DNA of 64,000 nucleotides from Patescibacteria group bacterium (GCA_018902845.1 JAHIPV010000013.1:82766-146765), one strand, 5' to 3'. Positions 1-8,588 are shown, counted from the stretch's first letter. The notes: generated by a model not told the origin, from the letters alone. Numbers and translations: made by a program.

Positions 1-402
1 TGCCACAAAAATCAACACTGCCAAAGTCGACAAAGCAATTGCCATTATTGTTTTTTGCATCAATTCCTTTCCCAAGGAAGGCCCCATGCTGGCAAAACGC
101 AATTCCTCAAATCCTTCATCTATATCACCAAGTTCGTCTTTTAGTTCTCTTCCTTTATCTACCTCTATATATTCACTCTTTATTACAAAATTACCTTCAT
201 TTTCAGAAATAATCGGCAGTCCTAACCCCTTTTTTTCAAAAGTATTATTTATGTCCTCTTTTTTAATTTTTTCACTTTTAAATTCCCATACTGTCCCGCC
301 ACCAAAATCAAGTCCGATCTTAAAACCCCATTTGTTTATTGAAAAAATCGAAAAAACCAACAAAAACAAGGATACAAGATAAAACATCGGTCTTAATTTC
401 AT
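1..402 (-). CDS. secF: Protein translocase subunit SecF, N-terminal part; continues beyond the window edge
   Basis: Minus-strand translation begins MKLRPMFYLVSLFLLVFSIFSINKWGFKIGLDFGGGTVWEF... The N-terminal TM helix followed by a GLDFxGG motif is typical of SecF. It sits directly downstream of secD. The ORF is open to position 1. Confidence 0.7.
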   Translation of the reverse strand, partial: MKLRPMFYLVSLFLLVFSIFSINKWGFKIGLDFGGGTVWEFKSEKIKKEDINNTFEKKGLGLPIISENEGNFVIKSEYIEVDKGRELKDELGDIDEGFEELRFASMGPSLGKELMQKTIMAIALSTLAVLIFVA

Positions 403-407
403 TATAT

Positions 408-1775
408 TCACGATTGTTTCTCCTTGGCAAACATTCTAAGCAAGTTTCTAGTTACAACAATTCCCGTAAAAAGACTGATTCCAATCCCCAAAAGCAATGT
501 GACGGCAAAACCTCGTACCATACCGGAACTATTTAAGAATTTCCAATTAAGAGGATTAAATAGAATTAATCCGGTAATCAAAGTACAGACATTGGCGTCT
601 TTAATCGAGTCCCACGCCTTTCCAAATCCAAGTTCCATTGCTACACTCCACGGTCGCCCCTTTCTTAATTCTTCCTTCATTCTTTCAAAAATCAAAATAT
701 TGCTGTCAACCGCCATACCAATGGACAAAATAAATCCAACAATGCCAGGAAAAGTTAGAGTTATCGGTATCAGTCTATAAAGGCTTAGGGTGATAAGTCC
801 GTATACCAATAAGCCGATATTAGCAATCAAACCCAGTCTCCCATAATTCCCTATCATAAACATTGCCAGTATTATTAATCCGACCATTCCAGCCCTAAGG
901 CCCTTTTTTATGCTGTCTTTTCCCAGCGTTGCCCCAATTTTGTCCTGGGAAATCAGTTTTATAGGCATAGGTAAGGCACCGGCATTTAGTTGAGCTGACA
1001 ATGACTTAGCCTCTTTTAAGTCAAAATTCCCGCTTATAATCGCCTTGCCGTCCTTAATTACGTCATTGACGGTTGGAAAAGTAACAAGTCCGCTATCCAA
1101 AAAAATTGCAATTCTTTTACCAATCATGTCTTGGGTAGCCTTTTCAAATAGTTTAGCCCCTGTTTCATCAAATTCCAGTGCTACTTCGGCTTTTCCCGTA
1201 TTGTTGTTTATAACCACGTCACTTTTAGTCAAGTTTGAACCGGTTAGTCCTGTTTCTTTGGAAAACAAATCATAAACAGTGGCGCTTTCCGTTGCCTCCG
1301 GTGGAATTTCCACCTCTCCAAAAAATTCTAATTTAGCGGTTTGCCCCATTAAGCTTGCCGCTTGATCAATGTCTTCTATTCCGGGAAGTTCCACTATTAA
1401 TCTATCTGATTCTTCTTCTTTTAGTATTTGCACGTTGGCCTCACTGAGTCCAAATATATTAACCCTCCTTTCAATGTTTTCTTTTAAAGAAACGGTTGCC
1501 TTGTCTTTGTCTTCTTGATTAATTTCACTACTGTCAATCTCAAAAAGCAATCTAACTCCTCCGGCCAAGTCCAGTCCATACTTCAAATCCAGATCTTTTT
1601 TAAAGTTAAAATTTCCCCAAGAAAAATCTATTTTTGGTTTTTTTAAATCATATTCCTGATTAATTTTCCACCAATGAATTTTAATAGGGATATTTTGGGG
1701 CATATTTATTACCAAACCTAGCAAGCCTAATGCCAATATTGCCCAAAAAATCTTTTTTGTTCTTTTATTATTCAT
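408..1775 (-). CDS. secD: Protein translocase subunit SecD
   Basis: 455 aa with an N-terminal TM, a periplasmic domain (LDLAGGVRLLFEID) and a C-terminal multi-TM region typical of SecD. Stop codon is TGA. Confidence 0.85.
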   Translation of the reverse strand: MNNKRTKKIFWAILALGLLGLVINMPQNIPIKIHWWKINQEYDLKKPKIDFSWGNFNFKKDLDLKYGLDLAGGVRLLFEIDSSEINQEDKDKATVSLKENIERRVNIFGLSEANVQILKEEESDRLIVELPGIEDIDQAASLMGQTAKLEFFGEVEIPPEATESATVYDLFSKETGLTGSNLTKSDVVINNNTGKAEVALEFDETGAKLFEKATQDMIGKRIAIFLDSGLVTFPTVNDVIKDGKAIISGNFDLKEAKSLSAQLNAGALPMPIKLISQDKIGATLGKDSIKKGLRAGMVGLIILAMFMIGNYGRLGLIANIGLLVYGLITLSLYRLIPITLTFPGIVGFILSIGMAVDSNILIFERMKEELRKGRPWSVAMELGFGKAWDSIKDANVCTLITGLILFNPLNWKFLNSSGMVRGFAVTLLLGIGISLFTGIVVTRNLLRMFAKEKQS

Positions 1776-1804
1776 CGCTTTTACATTTTTTATTTATCTT
1801 TAGT

Positions 1805-1940
1805 ATAAGACTGTTGAATAACATCTCCACATCGTCATCCTGAGTGTAGCGAAGGATCTAGCGTTAGCGTAAAATACGGCACTTCGTGCCTAGATTTTTC
1901 ACTTCGTTCAGAATGACAAAGAGTTGTTCAACAGTCTGAG
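1805..1940. repeat. Palindromic MITE-like element, family A (GTCATCCTGAG...CGAAGGATC)
   Basis: Outer inverted repeat gactgttgaa (1809-1818) pairs with ttcaacagtc (1927-1936). Inner cgtcatcctgagtgtagcgaagg pairs with ttcgttcagaatgac. Central hairpin ggcacttcgtgcc. The same core recurs more than 15 times in the window. Confidence 0.7.
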
Positions 1941-2004
1941 TATTTGTTTTGAGTTTTGCTTGTCCTCCATAGCTTTAGCGAAGGAGGAAATTTTAAATTT
2001 TAAT

Positions 2005-2190
2005 TTATTTACTTACCAACGATAATTGTTGAGCCTTACCGGAAAAAATATAAGTTATTCTTGCTTTTGGTCTATTAACCTTTATCCGACCAACATCCCC
2101 CTCTCTGATGTTGAAACTTTTAGCTATTTTTGACGGAATAGTCAAAGCCAAGCTATTTCCGGTTTTGATTACTTTTCTAAATTTTGCCAC
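2005..2190 (-). CDS. AbrB/MazE/SpoVT-like small DNA-binding protein (possible antitoxin)
   Basis: 61 aa. KVIKTGNSLALTIPSKIAKSFNI matches the swapped-hairpin AbrB fold signature. It overlaps the upstream gene by 14 bp. Confidence 0.45.
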   Translation of the reverse strand: MAKFRKVIKTGNSLALTIPSKIAKSFNIREGDVGRIKVNRPKARITYIFSGKAQQLSLVSK

Positions 2191-2773
2191 TTATATTTCT
2201 AGTATTTCCTATTATAACAACTGGTAGGTTCAAAAAAAAATCAACCAAAAAAGGATCCCTTCTCAAAATTCTCATTTTAAATTCTTTCCTGTCCATCAAC
2301 ATATAATTGATTTCCTGTTTCCTGTCTTTTTCTTCATCTTTTATGTATGAATCTAACAATCCCAAGTTAACTTTTCCCACTACCACTAAATCAACCGAAC
2401 CAATCGGAGAACGTTTGCCATTTGCAAATGAATTGCTATATATAAGATATTTTAATTTTCCCAATCGATTTTGTCTTTTAATTATTTTTGCCCCCAAGCC
2501 GGTTGTTTTGTTCATTAATACCAGCAAATCACGATAAAAAATTGAATCAAAATTAGTCCAGTAATAAATTTTATTCCCTCTAGGCTCACTTTCAATCACT
2601 CCGATTTTTAACAAATTCGCCAACTCTCTTCTGACTGAGTTGATTTCCTCTTTGCTTATTCTTACTAATTCGCGCACAAAGTACATCTCTCCTGGTTCCT
2701 TAAAAAAAATACCCAACAAACCAAGCCTCGTTCTCGAAGTTAGTAAAAGTTTTAATTTTTTATTCACTAGCAT
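2177..2773 (-). CDS. Predicted wHTH regulator fused to a nucleotidyltransferase-like domain
   Basis: 198 aa. The N-terminal region is wHTH-like (FVRELVRISKEEINSVRRELANLLKIGVIE). The C-terminal region is NTase-like (GSVDLVVVGK). Call is by resemblance only. Confidence 0.3.
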   Translation of the reverse strand: MLVNKKLKLLLTSRTRLGLLGIFFKEPGEMYFVRELVRISKEEINSVRRELANLLKIGVIESEPRGNKIYYWTNFDSIFYRDLLVLMNKTTGLGAKIIKRQNRLGKLKYLIYSNSFANGKRSPIGSVDLVVVGKVNLGLLDSYIKDEEKDRKQEINYMLMDRKEFKMRILRRDPFLVDFFLNLPVVIIGNTRNISGKI

Positions 2774-4010
2774 ATTCTACTTTTGTACCCAAAGGCAGAA
2801 TTTCAACCCAAGTCCTTCCAGGCACAAAACCTATTTCTTTACCGCTACTGTTTTTAAATATTGTTCTGGCCGTCCTAGATTTTTTCGACCAGTTAATATC
2901 AATTTCTTTTCCGTTTTGTAGTAATACTCCCTTACCGCTACCTATCACTTCATACAAATTGTGTTTGTGTTCATCAATAGACCTGCTTTCTTTACTAAAC
3001 TGAATCAAAATATTTTTTGCAGTTAAAGTTTCCTCGGTATTAAAATCGATCTGTTTTTTGTCTGCGTTATATCTTTCATATTCGTTAGCTTCTTGGTTAT
3101 ATTTCCATTCAACCAAATATTCATCATCACCCCAAAATCCGAAACTGATACTTTTCGCTTCTGTACCACTATCAATTCCGTCTTCATCAAAACTCCATTC
3201 ATCAAAATCTTTATCCCATGAATTTTTACTCATCGCAGTCATGTTAGTCAAACCTCTTTCCTCGGCAACATTCCACAATTCCTCCGTAGAGCAATACATG
3301 GTATGTTCAGCCGCTCTGATCTCTCCGGTCCTTTCTTTTTCTCTTCGGCAAACTTTGTAAGACAAGGAAAACTGGCTTAAATCAGACCAACTGCCCTTAT
3401 TATTCCAACCGTAACCGGCGATTTGCTCAATTGCTTGTGCTTTGCTCTGAGTTGTACATGGTCCTGATTGCCTGCCGGTGCTTGGGTCTTTTGGTGCACT
3501 GCAGTTGGCTCCGCCCACGTGAGCATAAAGGGGATAATCTGAATATTCAGAGGCTATGTCAAGAAAGTAAGTCCTGGCTGACCTAACCGGTCCTACGTCA
3601 TAGTTTTTGCTGGCACCTCTAACGGCATTGCAATAATAAACAGCTATAAATCTTGTTATACCGCCTTCCGCTATCGCCTCGTAAACAACATCAGCATTTT
3701 GTAATCCGGATTGTGGTCGCGAATCAACATGATTTTCAATCATTACCAGTAACGGTCGTCTTTTTTCCCAAATTTCTTTTTCTTCTTTTGTAAATAATTG
3801 TCCATTAATAGGACATTTTTCAGTTTTTGGTCCTTCAAATTCCAAAACTCCTGTTATTTTTTTCTCTTCATTTTTACTTTCGTTGTCTACTTCGTCACTT
3901 TTAGCATTTTTTACCTGAGGTAAAAAATTATCAAAGGACCAATACGACAATCCGGAAAAAAATAAAAATAAACCGGCCAAAAACACAACCATTTGATTTT
4001 TTTTGTTCAT
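2760..4010 (-). CDS. Secreted DUF3048 (YerB-like) domain protein
   Basis: N-terminal TM or signal, then PLLVMIENHVDSRPQSGLQNADVVYEAIAEGGITRFIAVYY, which matches the DUF3048 N-terminal signature. Confidence 0.55.
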   Translation of the reverse strand: MNKKNQMVVFLAGLFLFFSGLSYWSFDNFLPQVKNAKSDEVDNESKNEEKKITGVLEFEGPKTEKCPINGQLFTKEEKEIWEKRRPLLVMIENHVDSRPQSGLQNADVVYEAIAEGGITRFIAVYYCNAVRGASKNYDVGPVRSARTYFLDIASEYSDYPLYAHVGGANCSAPKDPSTGRQSGPCTTQSKAQAIEQIAGYGWNNKGSWSDLSQFSLSYKVCRREKERTGEIRAAEHTMYCSTEELWNVAEERGLTNMTAMSKNSWDKDFDEWSFDEDGIDSGTEAKSISFGFWGDDEYLVEWKYNQEANEYERYNADKKQIDFNTEETLTAKNILIQFSKESRSIDEHKHNLYEVIGSGKGVLLQNGKEIDINWSKKSRTARTIFKNSSGKEIGFVPGRTWVEILPLGTKVEYASE

Positions 4011-4014
4011 TTGT

Positions 4015-4383
4015 TCAAGAAACTTTTAATGCTTTTTTAATGGCTAGCTCTTCCTCTTTGGATAAAGTAATTCCATCTGCTTTGCCATTTTTAACTCGCT
4101 TAGAATAAATTCTGGTATTTTTTCTACCATGGAGCGATGTTACTATAATACCCGAATTGTCTGAATCAAGCAAAACCAAAACAAAACTCTGATTGCCACC
4201 TAGCTCGTTAAATGGATTAAATCGATGTAAACTAACTTTTTGGATACACTTTTCTCCCAAAAAAGAGCCATTCTTTTTTTCCTTTGCCGAAAACAAAGCA
4301 TTTTTTCTTGTTTTAGCTACCAAAAAGGCTAGATAAAGCAAAGCCAGAAAATTAATAATTATCAGTAATCTGTTCAAAAGCAT
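4015..4383 (-). CDS. Hypothetical membrane-anchored protein
   Basis: 122 aa with an N-terminal hydrophobic helix. No recognisable motif. Confidence 0.3.
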   Translation of the reverse strand: MLLNRLLIIINFLALLYLAFLVAKTRKNALFSAKEKKNGSFLGEKCIQKVSLHRFNPFNELGGNQSFVLVLLDSDNSGIIVTSLHGRKNTRIYSKRVKNGKADGITLSKEEELAIKKALKVS

Positions 4384-4425
4384 TTATTTATTGTATCAGT
4401 TCTTATGCTATACTAGCTTTGAATT

Positions 4426-4638
4426 ATGGCCAAGAAAAGTAAGCGAAATAAGCAGAACAAACGAAAGCGCACTTCGCTCCCGGTAGAGAGCAGTTTTCCG
4501 AAGACAAAAAAACAATCAACGCCTGTTTTGCCCGAAGCATCCACACCAAATTACCTCAAAAAAGACCTTGTCAAAAGCTTGTTTTTGAGTTTGCTTGCAA
4601 TTTTAGCTTTACTCACTGTATATTGGACTCAGAAGTAA
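4426..4638 (+). CDS. Hypothetical small basic protein with C-terminal TM helix
   Basis: 70 aa with a Lys/Arg-rich N-terminus and a C-terminal hydrophobic segment. May be spurious. Confidence 0.2.
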   Translation: MAKKSKRNKQNKRKRTSLPVESSFPKTKKQSTPVLPEASTPNYLKKDLVKSLFLSLLAILALLTVYWTQK

Positions 4639-4659
4639 AATCTAAAATTTTAATATTTA

Positions 4660-4745
4660 AATTTTGAAATTGTTTAGAATTTAGATATTAGAGTTTAAAA
4701 TTTCAATAATTTTGGAAATTTAGATTTTAAATTTTAGATTTAACT
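4660..4745. repeat. Family D repeat cluster (TTTGGAAATTTAGATTTTAGATTT-type)
   Basis: Reiterated tagattt/taaattt units. Similar copies at 7321-7352, 7925-7960, 20455-20510, 43301-43345, 46706-46740 and 48487-48520. Three copies end 5-25 bp upstream of start codons. Confidence 0.6.
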
Positions 4746-4764
4746 TAAAAGGAGGTGGTAATTA

Positions 4765-4926
4765 ATGGCAATGATAACTTTTTATTGTGTAAAATGTCGT
4801 GCAAAAAAAGACGTAGATGAAGAAAAGTGTGAAAAGGTGACGCTTAAAAACGGCAGACCAGCGGCAAAAACCGTTTGTCCAGACTGTGGCACAGGTATGT
4901 TCAAGATTCTACCCAAAAGCGCATAA
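4765..4926 (+). CDS. Small zinc-ribbon protein, 53 aa (below the ORF-track length cutoff)
   Basis: MAMITFYCVKCRAKKDVDEEKCEKVTLKNGRPAAKTVCPDCGTGMFKILPKSA contains two CxxC pairs. A near-perfect Shine-Dalgarno aaaggaggtg sits 8 bp upstream. A terminator hairpin follows. Confidence 0.5.
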   Translation: MAMITFYCVKCRAKKDVDEEKCEKVTLKNGRPAAKTVCPDCGTGMFKILPKSA

Positions 4927-4940
4927 AATATTTTAAATTA

Positions 4941-4968
4941 ACCCCGGCTTTTAATAGACGGGGTTAAT
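4941..4968 (+). terminator. Rho-independent terminator-like hairpin
   Basis: aaccccggc-ttttaatag-acggggtt, GC stem, downstream of the small CDS. Confidence 0.4.
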
Positions 4969-4990
4969 TTGTTATTGTATAATCCTTCTT

Positions 4991-5198
4991 AAGAATAAAA
5001 GGATCAACCCCGCCACGGCGGGGAGGAAAGTCCGGACCACAAAAGGCAAAAAAAGCTCTGCTACAGAGACGAGAAATGTGAAACGAGTATCTTTTTTGTG
5101 GAAATCTCAAAAATGAACGTTAATATCTAGCCTTTGAGAGTTCAAGGTAGAGAGAGTAGATAGATGATCCATAAACAAAATCCGGCTTATTTATTCTT
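4991..5198 (+). ncRNA. rnpB: RNase P RNA (rnpB), unusually small (~208 nt) with a reduced specificity domain
   Basis: P1 aagaataaa (4991-4999) pairs perfectly with tttattctt (5190-5198). P2 ggatc pairs with gatcc (5166-5170). P3 hairpin ccccgc-cacg-gcgggg. CR-I motif GGAGGAAAGTCCGGAC at 5024-5039. CR-V-like ACAAAATCCGGCTTAT at 5175-5190. The 3' part tagatagatgatcc...aaatccggcttat parallels E. coli M1 RNA CTAGATGAATGAC...AACCCGGCTTAT. Confidence 0.55.
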
Positions 5199-5208
5199 TT
5201 GTAAAATT

Positions 5209-6201
5209 TTATTTCTTTTCTTTCCAAAAAACCTTTATCAGAGTTTCAGTGGTCAAATAAGCCGGTATTGCCAAAACCGCCCCTGATATTCCCGCTAGCT
5301 TTGCTCCAATTGCTAATAAAAATATCGTTACCAAAGGATTCAGTCCTACCGCCGTTTTCATCACTTTTGGCACAATAAAATTATTTTCAATTTGTTGTAC
5401 AGTTATTCCCCAAACCAAAGACAATAAACCCAAAACAGGGGACATGGAAAAACCTATTATCATCGCCACTATAGTCGCAACGGTTGGTCCAATATTTGGA
5501 ACCAATTCCAATATTCCTGCCAAAATAGCCAATGGTACGGCAAATTGCAAACCAAGAATCAAATAACCAACATAAGATAACAATCCGACCGCCAGCATGA
5601 GAATCAGTTCTGCGTTAACCCACGAACCCAGTCTTTTTTCCAAGTGTTCCATTATTTTCATCGTTTTCTGGCTTCCTTTTTTGCCAAAAAGGTCAAGACT
5701 GTATTTTTTGAATTTCTTTCTTTCTACCAAAAGATAAAAAGTTATCATCAAAACCAAAAAACCGGAAAAAAGGTTAGAAAAAACTGACAAGGTGGCTTTG
5801 GTAATATTGGCCGGCAAATTTTCTAATATTTTTAACTGAGAAGAGATATCCATTGCCGACAAACCAAAAAAGTTTATTTCTTCTATTAACCTCGGAAAAG
5901 AATTAATCAGTCCTGTTGTTTGTTCTATTAATACCGGAATCACTCCGGCAATTCCAAAAGACAAAAAAGTTAACATGATAATATACAAAAAAACTATCGC
6001 CACTCCTCTTGGTATCTTAAATTTTTCTAATCTCTCCACGGTTGGATTAAGAGATTCCATCAGAATAAAACAGATAAAAAACAGTACTAGCAATTCTCTG
6101 ATTTTCCACACCAACAGCAAAGAACCCAAAAAGATAACAGCAAATATTATTGTTTTGTGTGAAATTTCAATTTTATGTACTTGTTTTTCTTCTTTTTTCA
6201 T
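5209..6201 (-). CDS. AI-2E family transporter (PerM/UPF0118)
   Basis: 330 aa multi-TM protein. LGSWVNAELILMLAVGLLSYVGYLILGLQFAVPLAILAGILELVPNIGP is typical of PF01594. Confidence 0.7.
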   Translation of the reverse strand: MKKEEKQVHKIEISHKTIIFAVIFLGSLLLVWKIRELLVLFFICFILMESLNPTVERLEKFKIPRGVAIVFLYIIMLTFLSFGIAGVIPVLIEQTTGLINSFPRLIEEINFFGLSAMDISSQLKILENLPANITKATLSVFSNLFSGFLVLMITFYLLVERKKFKKYSLDLFGKKGSQKTMKIMEHLEKRLGSWVNAELILMLAVGLLSYVGYLILGLQFAVPLAILAGILELVPNIGPTVATIVAMIIGFSMSPVLGLLSLVWGITVQQIENNFIVPKVMKTAVGLNPLVTIFLLAIGAKLAGISGAVLAIPAYLTTETLIKVFWKEKK

Positions 6202-6224
6202 AATCCTATTGTAGCATTTTTAAC

Positions 6225-6420
6225 ACTCGTCATCCCGAACTTGCCCCCCCGTCATCCTGAGTGAGTTTTACGACCGAAGGATCCCCTCGGAACCAAATCT
6301 TGCCTTTGAGATTCTTCGCTCCCGCTCAGAATGACGCCCCACCCGTCATCCTGACCCCCCGTCATCCTGAGCTTGCCGAAGGATCCCCTAGCCATTTTTT
6401 CACCATTTTTTCAATCTCTT
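6225..6420. repeat. Cluster of family A repeats (GTCATCCTGAG...GAAGGATC), several units in both orientations
   Basis: cgtcatcccgaacttg, cgtcatcctgagtgagttttacgaccgaaggatcccctcgg, ctcagaatgacg (inverted), cgtcatcctgaccccccgtcatcctgagcttgccgaaggatcccc. The last unit encodes the miaA C-terminus. Confidence 0.7.
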
Positions 6421-7555
6421 TTTTATATTCTTTTTTTCCTATATCAAAAATTATTGCTTCCTTTCTTTTTTTAAACCACACCCGCTGTCTTTTTGCATAT
6501 CTATGTTCATCCATTCTCCACCTCTCAATAGCGTCACCCCGAGCACACGCCGTCATCCTGAGTCTGTCGAAGGATCCCATCGGAATTTTACCCACCTTTT
6601 CGAAATACTCTTCAAACTCTTTATACGCCAGCGTATTCATCCCCGGATCACTCCACTTATATTTTTTCAGCAACCCCTCAATTTCACCCAACAGTCCCTG
6701 TTTTAATCTTTTTTTAATTCTTTTATCAATTCTTTTTTTAATTAATTCTCTATTTCCTGTTAGTGACACATGCAAACAATCAAAATCAATGTCACCCCGC
6801 CCTGGCGGGGTCTCCGTCGGAATCTTACTCAACCTAATCTCTATCTTTCTTATCAATCTATGTCTATTATTTTTTTCTGAATTGTTTAATTTATCAAAAC
6901 TCTTTTTATCCAAAACCTTATAAACATTTCTAATCAGACCTGTAGAACACTTGTTCAATATCAATCTTAATAACTTATTCGGCTTTATCAAAAAATTCTT
7001 TTTCATATTCAAAATCGCATCAATATAAAATCCCGTACCTCCCACCACGATTGGTAGCTTTCCTTTTCCATAAATTTCCTCAACAGCTACTTCAAAACAC
7101 CCCAACCAATCCACTACGCTAAATTCTTTATCCGGTTCTACCACATCCAGCAGCCAAACCGGCATACTATCAATTTCATAATATCCAACATCAAACGCGT
7201 CATTCCGACCGAAGCGGAGGAATCTCTGAACTCGTTTCAGTATTCCAACATCAAACGCGTCATTCCGACCGAAGCGGAGGAATCTCTGAACTCGTTTCAG
7301 TATTCCAACATCAAAATTAAAAAGTTTGGAAATTGTGATTTGTGATTTGTGATTTACCGGCAGGTCTTTGCCGGTTCCTATATCCATTCCCTTATAAATT
7401 TGCCTAGAATCAGCCGAAATCAATTCCCCGTTAAACTTTTTGGCCAATTTCACCGCCAAACCTGTTTTTCCGCTGGCCGTCACTCCAGAAATAATTAAAA
7501 GCCTTTGTTTTACCATGTAAGTTTCACACATTAAATCTAAACTCAACCACATCAT
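6362..7555 (-). CDS. miaA: tRNA dimethylallyltransferase MiaA with in-frame repeat-derived insertions
   Basis: ISGVTASGKTGLAVKLAKKFNGELISADSRQIYKGMDIGTGK is the MiaA P-loop N-terminus. At 397 aa it is about 80 aa longer than typical MiaA. The extra segments map to repeat copies: the tandem 60-bp unit at 7181-7300, family A at 6536-6600, a caccccgccctggcgggg unit at 6781-6830, and family A at 6362-6400. Confidence 0.75.
   Translation of the reverse strand: MMWLSLDLMCETYMVKQRLLIISGVTASGKTGLAVKLAKKFNGELISADSRQIYKGMDIGTGKDLPVNHKSQITISKLFNFDVGILKRVQRFLRFGRNDAFDVGILKRVQRFLRFGRNDAFDVGYYEIDSMPVWLLDVVEPDKEFSVVDWLGCFEVAVEEIYGKGKLPIVVGGTGFYIDAILNMKKNFLIKPNKLLRLILNKCSTGLIRNVYKVLDKKSFDKLNNSEKNNRHRLIRKIEIRLSKIPTETPPGRGDIDFDCLHVSLTGNRELIKKRIDKRIKKRLKQGLLGEIEGLLKKYKWSDPGMNTLAYKEFEEYFEKVGKIPMGSFDRLRMTACARGDAIERWRMDEHRYAKRQRVWFKKRKEAIIFDIGKKEYKKEIEKMVKKWLGDPSASSG
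7181..7300. repeat. Perfect 60-bp tandem duplication (2 copies plus a partial third) of a GTCATTCCGAC...GAACTCGTTTCAG element inside miaA
   Basis: 7201-7260 is identical to 7261-7320. It translates in-frame to FDVGILKRVQRFLRFGRNDA twice. Related elements occur at 58591-58640, 43207-43262 and 15641-15670. Confidence 0.85.
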
Positions 7556-8588
7556 CAGCCTTCATTTTGTATTCTTTCCCCTCTAGTCTTAATTTACCCG
7601 CTTCTTTGGCTCCCAGCCATCCCTTATACTCCACAAAATCAGTATAAGAAATAATTGCCGCTGCAATAAAACCTCTTTCAAAATCACTATGTATCACCCC
7701 CGCCGCTTCAGGGGCTTTGCTATCGATTCTGGTAGTCCAGGCCCTGGCTTCTTTTTCACCGGCAGTATAAAAAGATTGCAAACCCAATGTTTCATAAGCT
7801 CTCCCTATCACTCTTTCCAGCCCCGATTCTTCCAGCCCCAAATCTTTTAAATATTTTTCTCTTTCCTCCTTAGAAAAATCGGCCAACTCCGCCTCTAGTT
7901 TGGCGCAAACCGGCACTACTTCCCAATTTTGGAAATTTAGATTTGAGATTTTAGATTTGCTATACGTATCCTCGTCCACATTAACTACAATAAAAAACGG
8001 CTTTAAAGTTAACAAAAAAAACTCTTTTATCATCTTTTTTTCATCTTCATCTAATTCAATTCGACTAGCCAATACTCCCTTTTCCAGCTCCGATTTCAGT
8101 TTTAATGCCAATTCATATTTATCTATTTCCTCTTTCTTTTTTTTACTGGAATCAATATACCTGTCAATACCTTCAAGATCTTTGATAATCAATTCGGCGC
8201 AAACCACCTCAAAATCTCCATCAGGATCAGTTGAACCGGCCCTAGCCACGTTTACATCAGAAAAATTTCTGACTACATGGCAAATCGCATCGCATTCACG
8301 GATATTATTCAAAAATTTATTTCCCAAACCCTCTCCCTCTGCCGCTCCTTTCACTAATCCGGCTATGTCTACAAACTCAACTACTGCCGGTACAAGTCTT
8401 TTGCTTTTGGCAATTTCTCCCAATATTGGTAATTTTTTGTCAGGCACTCCAACAATTCCTACATTAGGCTCAATGGTGCAAAAAGGATAATTACTGGCGT
8501 CTGCAATTTGCCGGCCCAATAGGGCGTTAAACAAAGTAGATTTTCCCACGTTTGGCAATCCCACTATCCCAATACTTAATTTACTCAT
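7524..8588 (-). CDS. ychF: Ribosome-binding ATPase YchF
   Basis: G1 motif GLPNVGKSTLFNAL, plus the YchF coiled-coil and TGS domain (IHSDFERGFIAAAII). A family D repeat at 7925-7960 encodes the in-frame SNLNFQNWE segment. Confidence 0.85.
   Translation of the reverse strand: MSKLSIGIVGLPNVGKSTLFNALLGRQIADASNYPFCTIEPNVGIVGVPDKKLPILGEIAKSKRLVPAVVEFVDIAGLVKGAAEGEGLGNKFLNNIRECDAICHVVRNFSDVNVARAGSTDPDGDFEVVCAELIIKDLEGIDRYIDSSKKKKEEIDKYELALKLKSELEKGVLASRIELDEDEKKMIKEFFLLTLKPFFIVVNVDEDTYSKSKISNLNFQNWEVVPVCAKLEAELADFSKEEREKYLKDLGLEESGLERVIGRAYETLGLQSFYTAGEKEARAWTTRIDSKAPEAAGVIHSDFERGFIAAAIISYTDFVEYKGWLGAKEAGKLRLEGKEYKMKADDVVEFRFNV

Noticed and set aside
408-1775. Possibility of a recoded genetic code (TGA or TAG sense), raised by the in-frame TAG in the recombinase
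   Set aside because: secD terminates with TGA and recA with TAG at positions consistent with orthologue lengths. The standard code 11 is most parsimonious.
6261-6923. 220-aa plus-strand ORF
   Set aside because: It runs across the family A repeat cluster and antisense to miaA. Its content is repeat-derived (PRHPELAEGSP) and it has no independent support.
7181-7320. Tandem direct repeats that might suggest a CRISPR array
   Set aside because: Only two and a quarter copies of a 60-bp unit with no spacers. It is in-frame inside miaA and homologous to dispersed family A elements.
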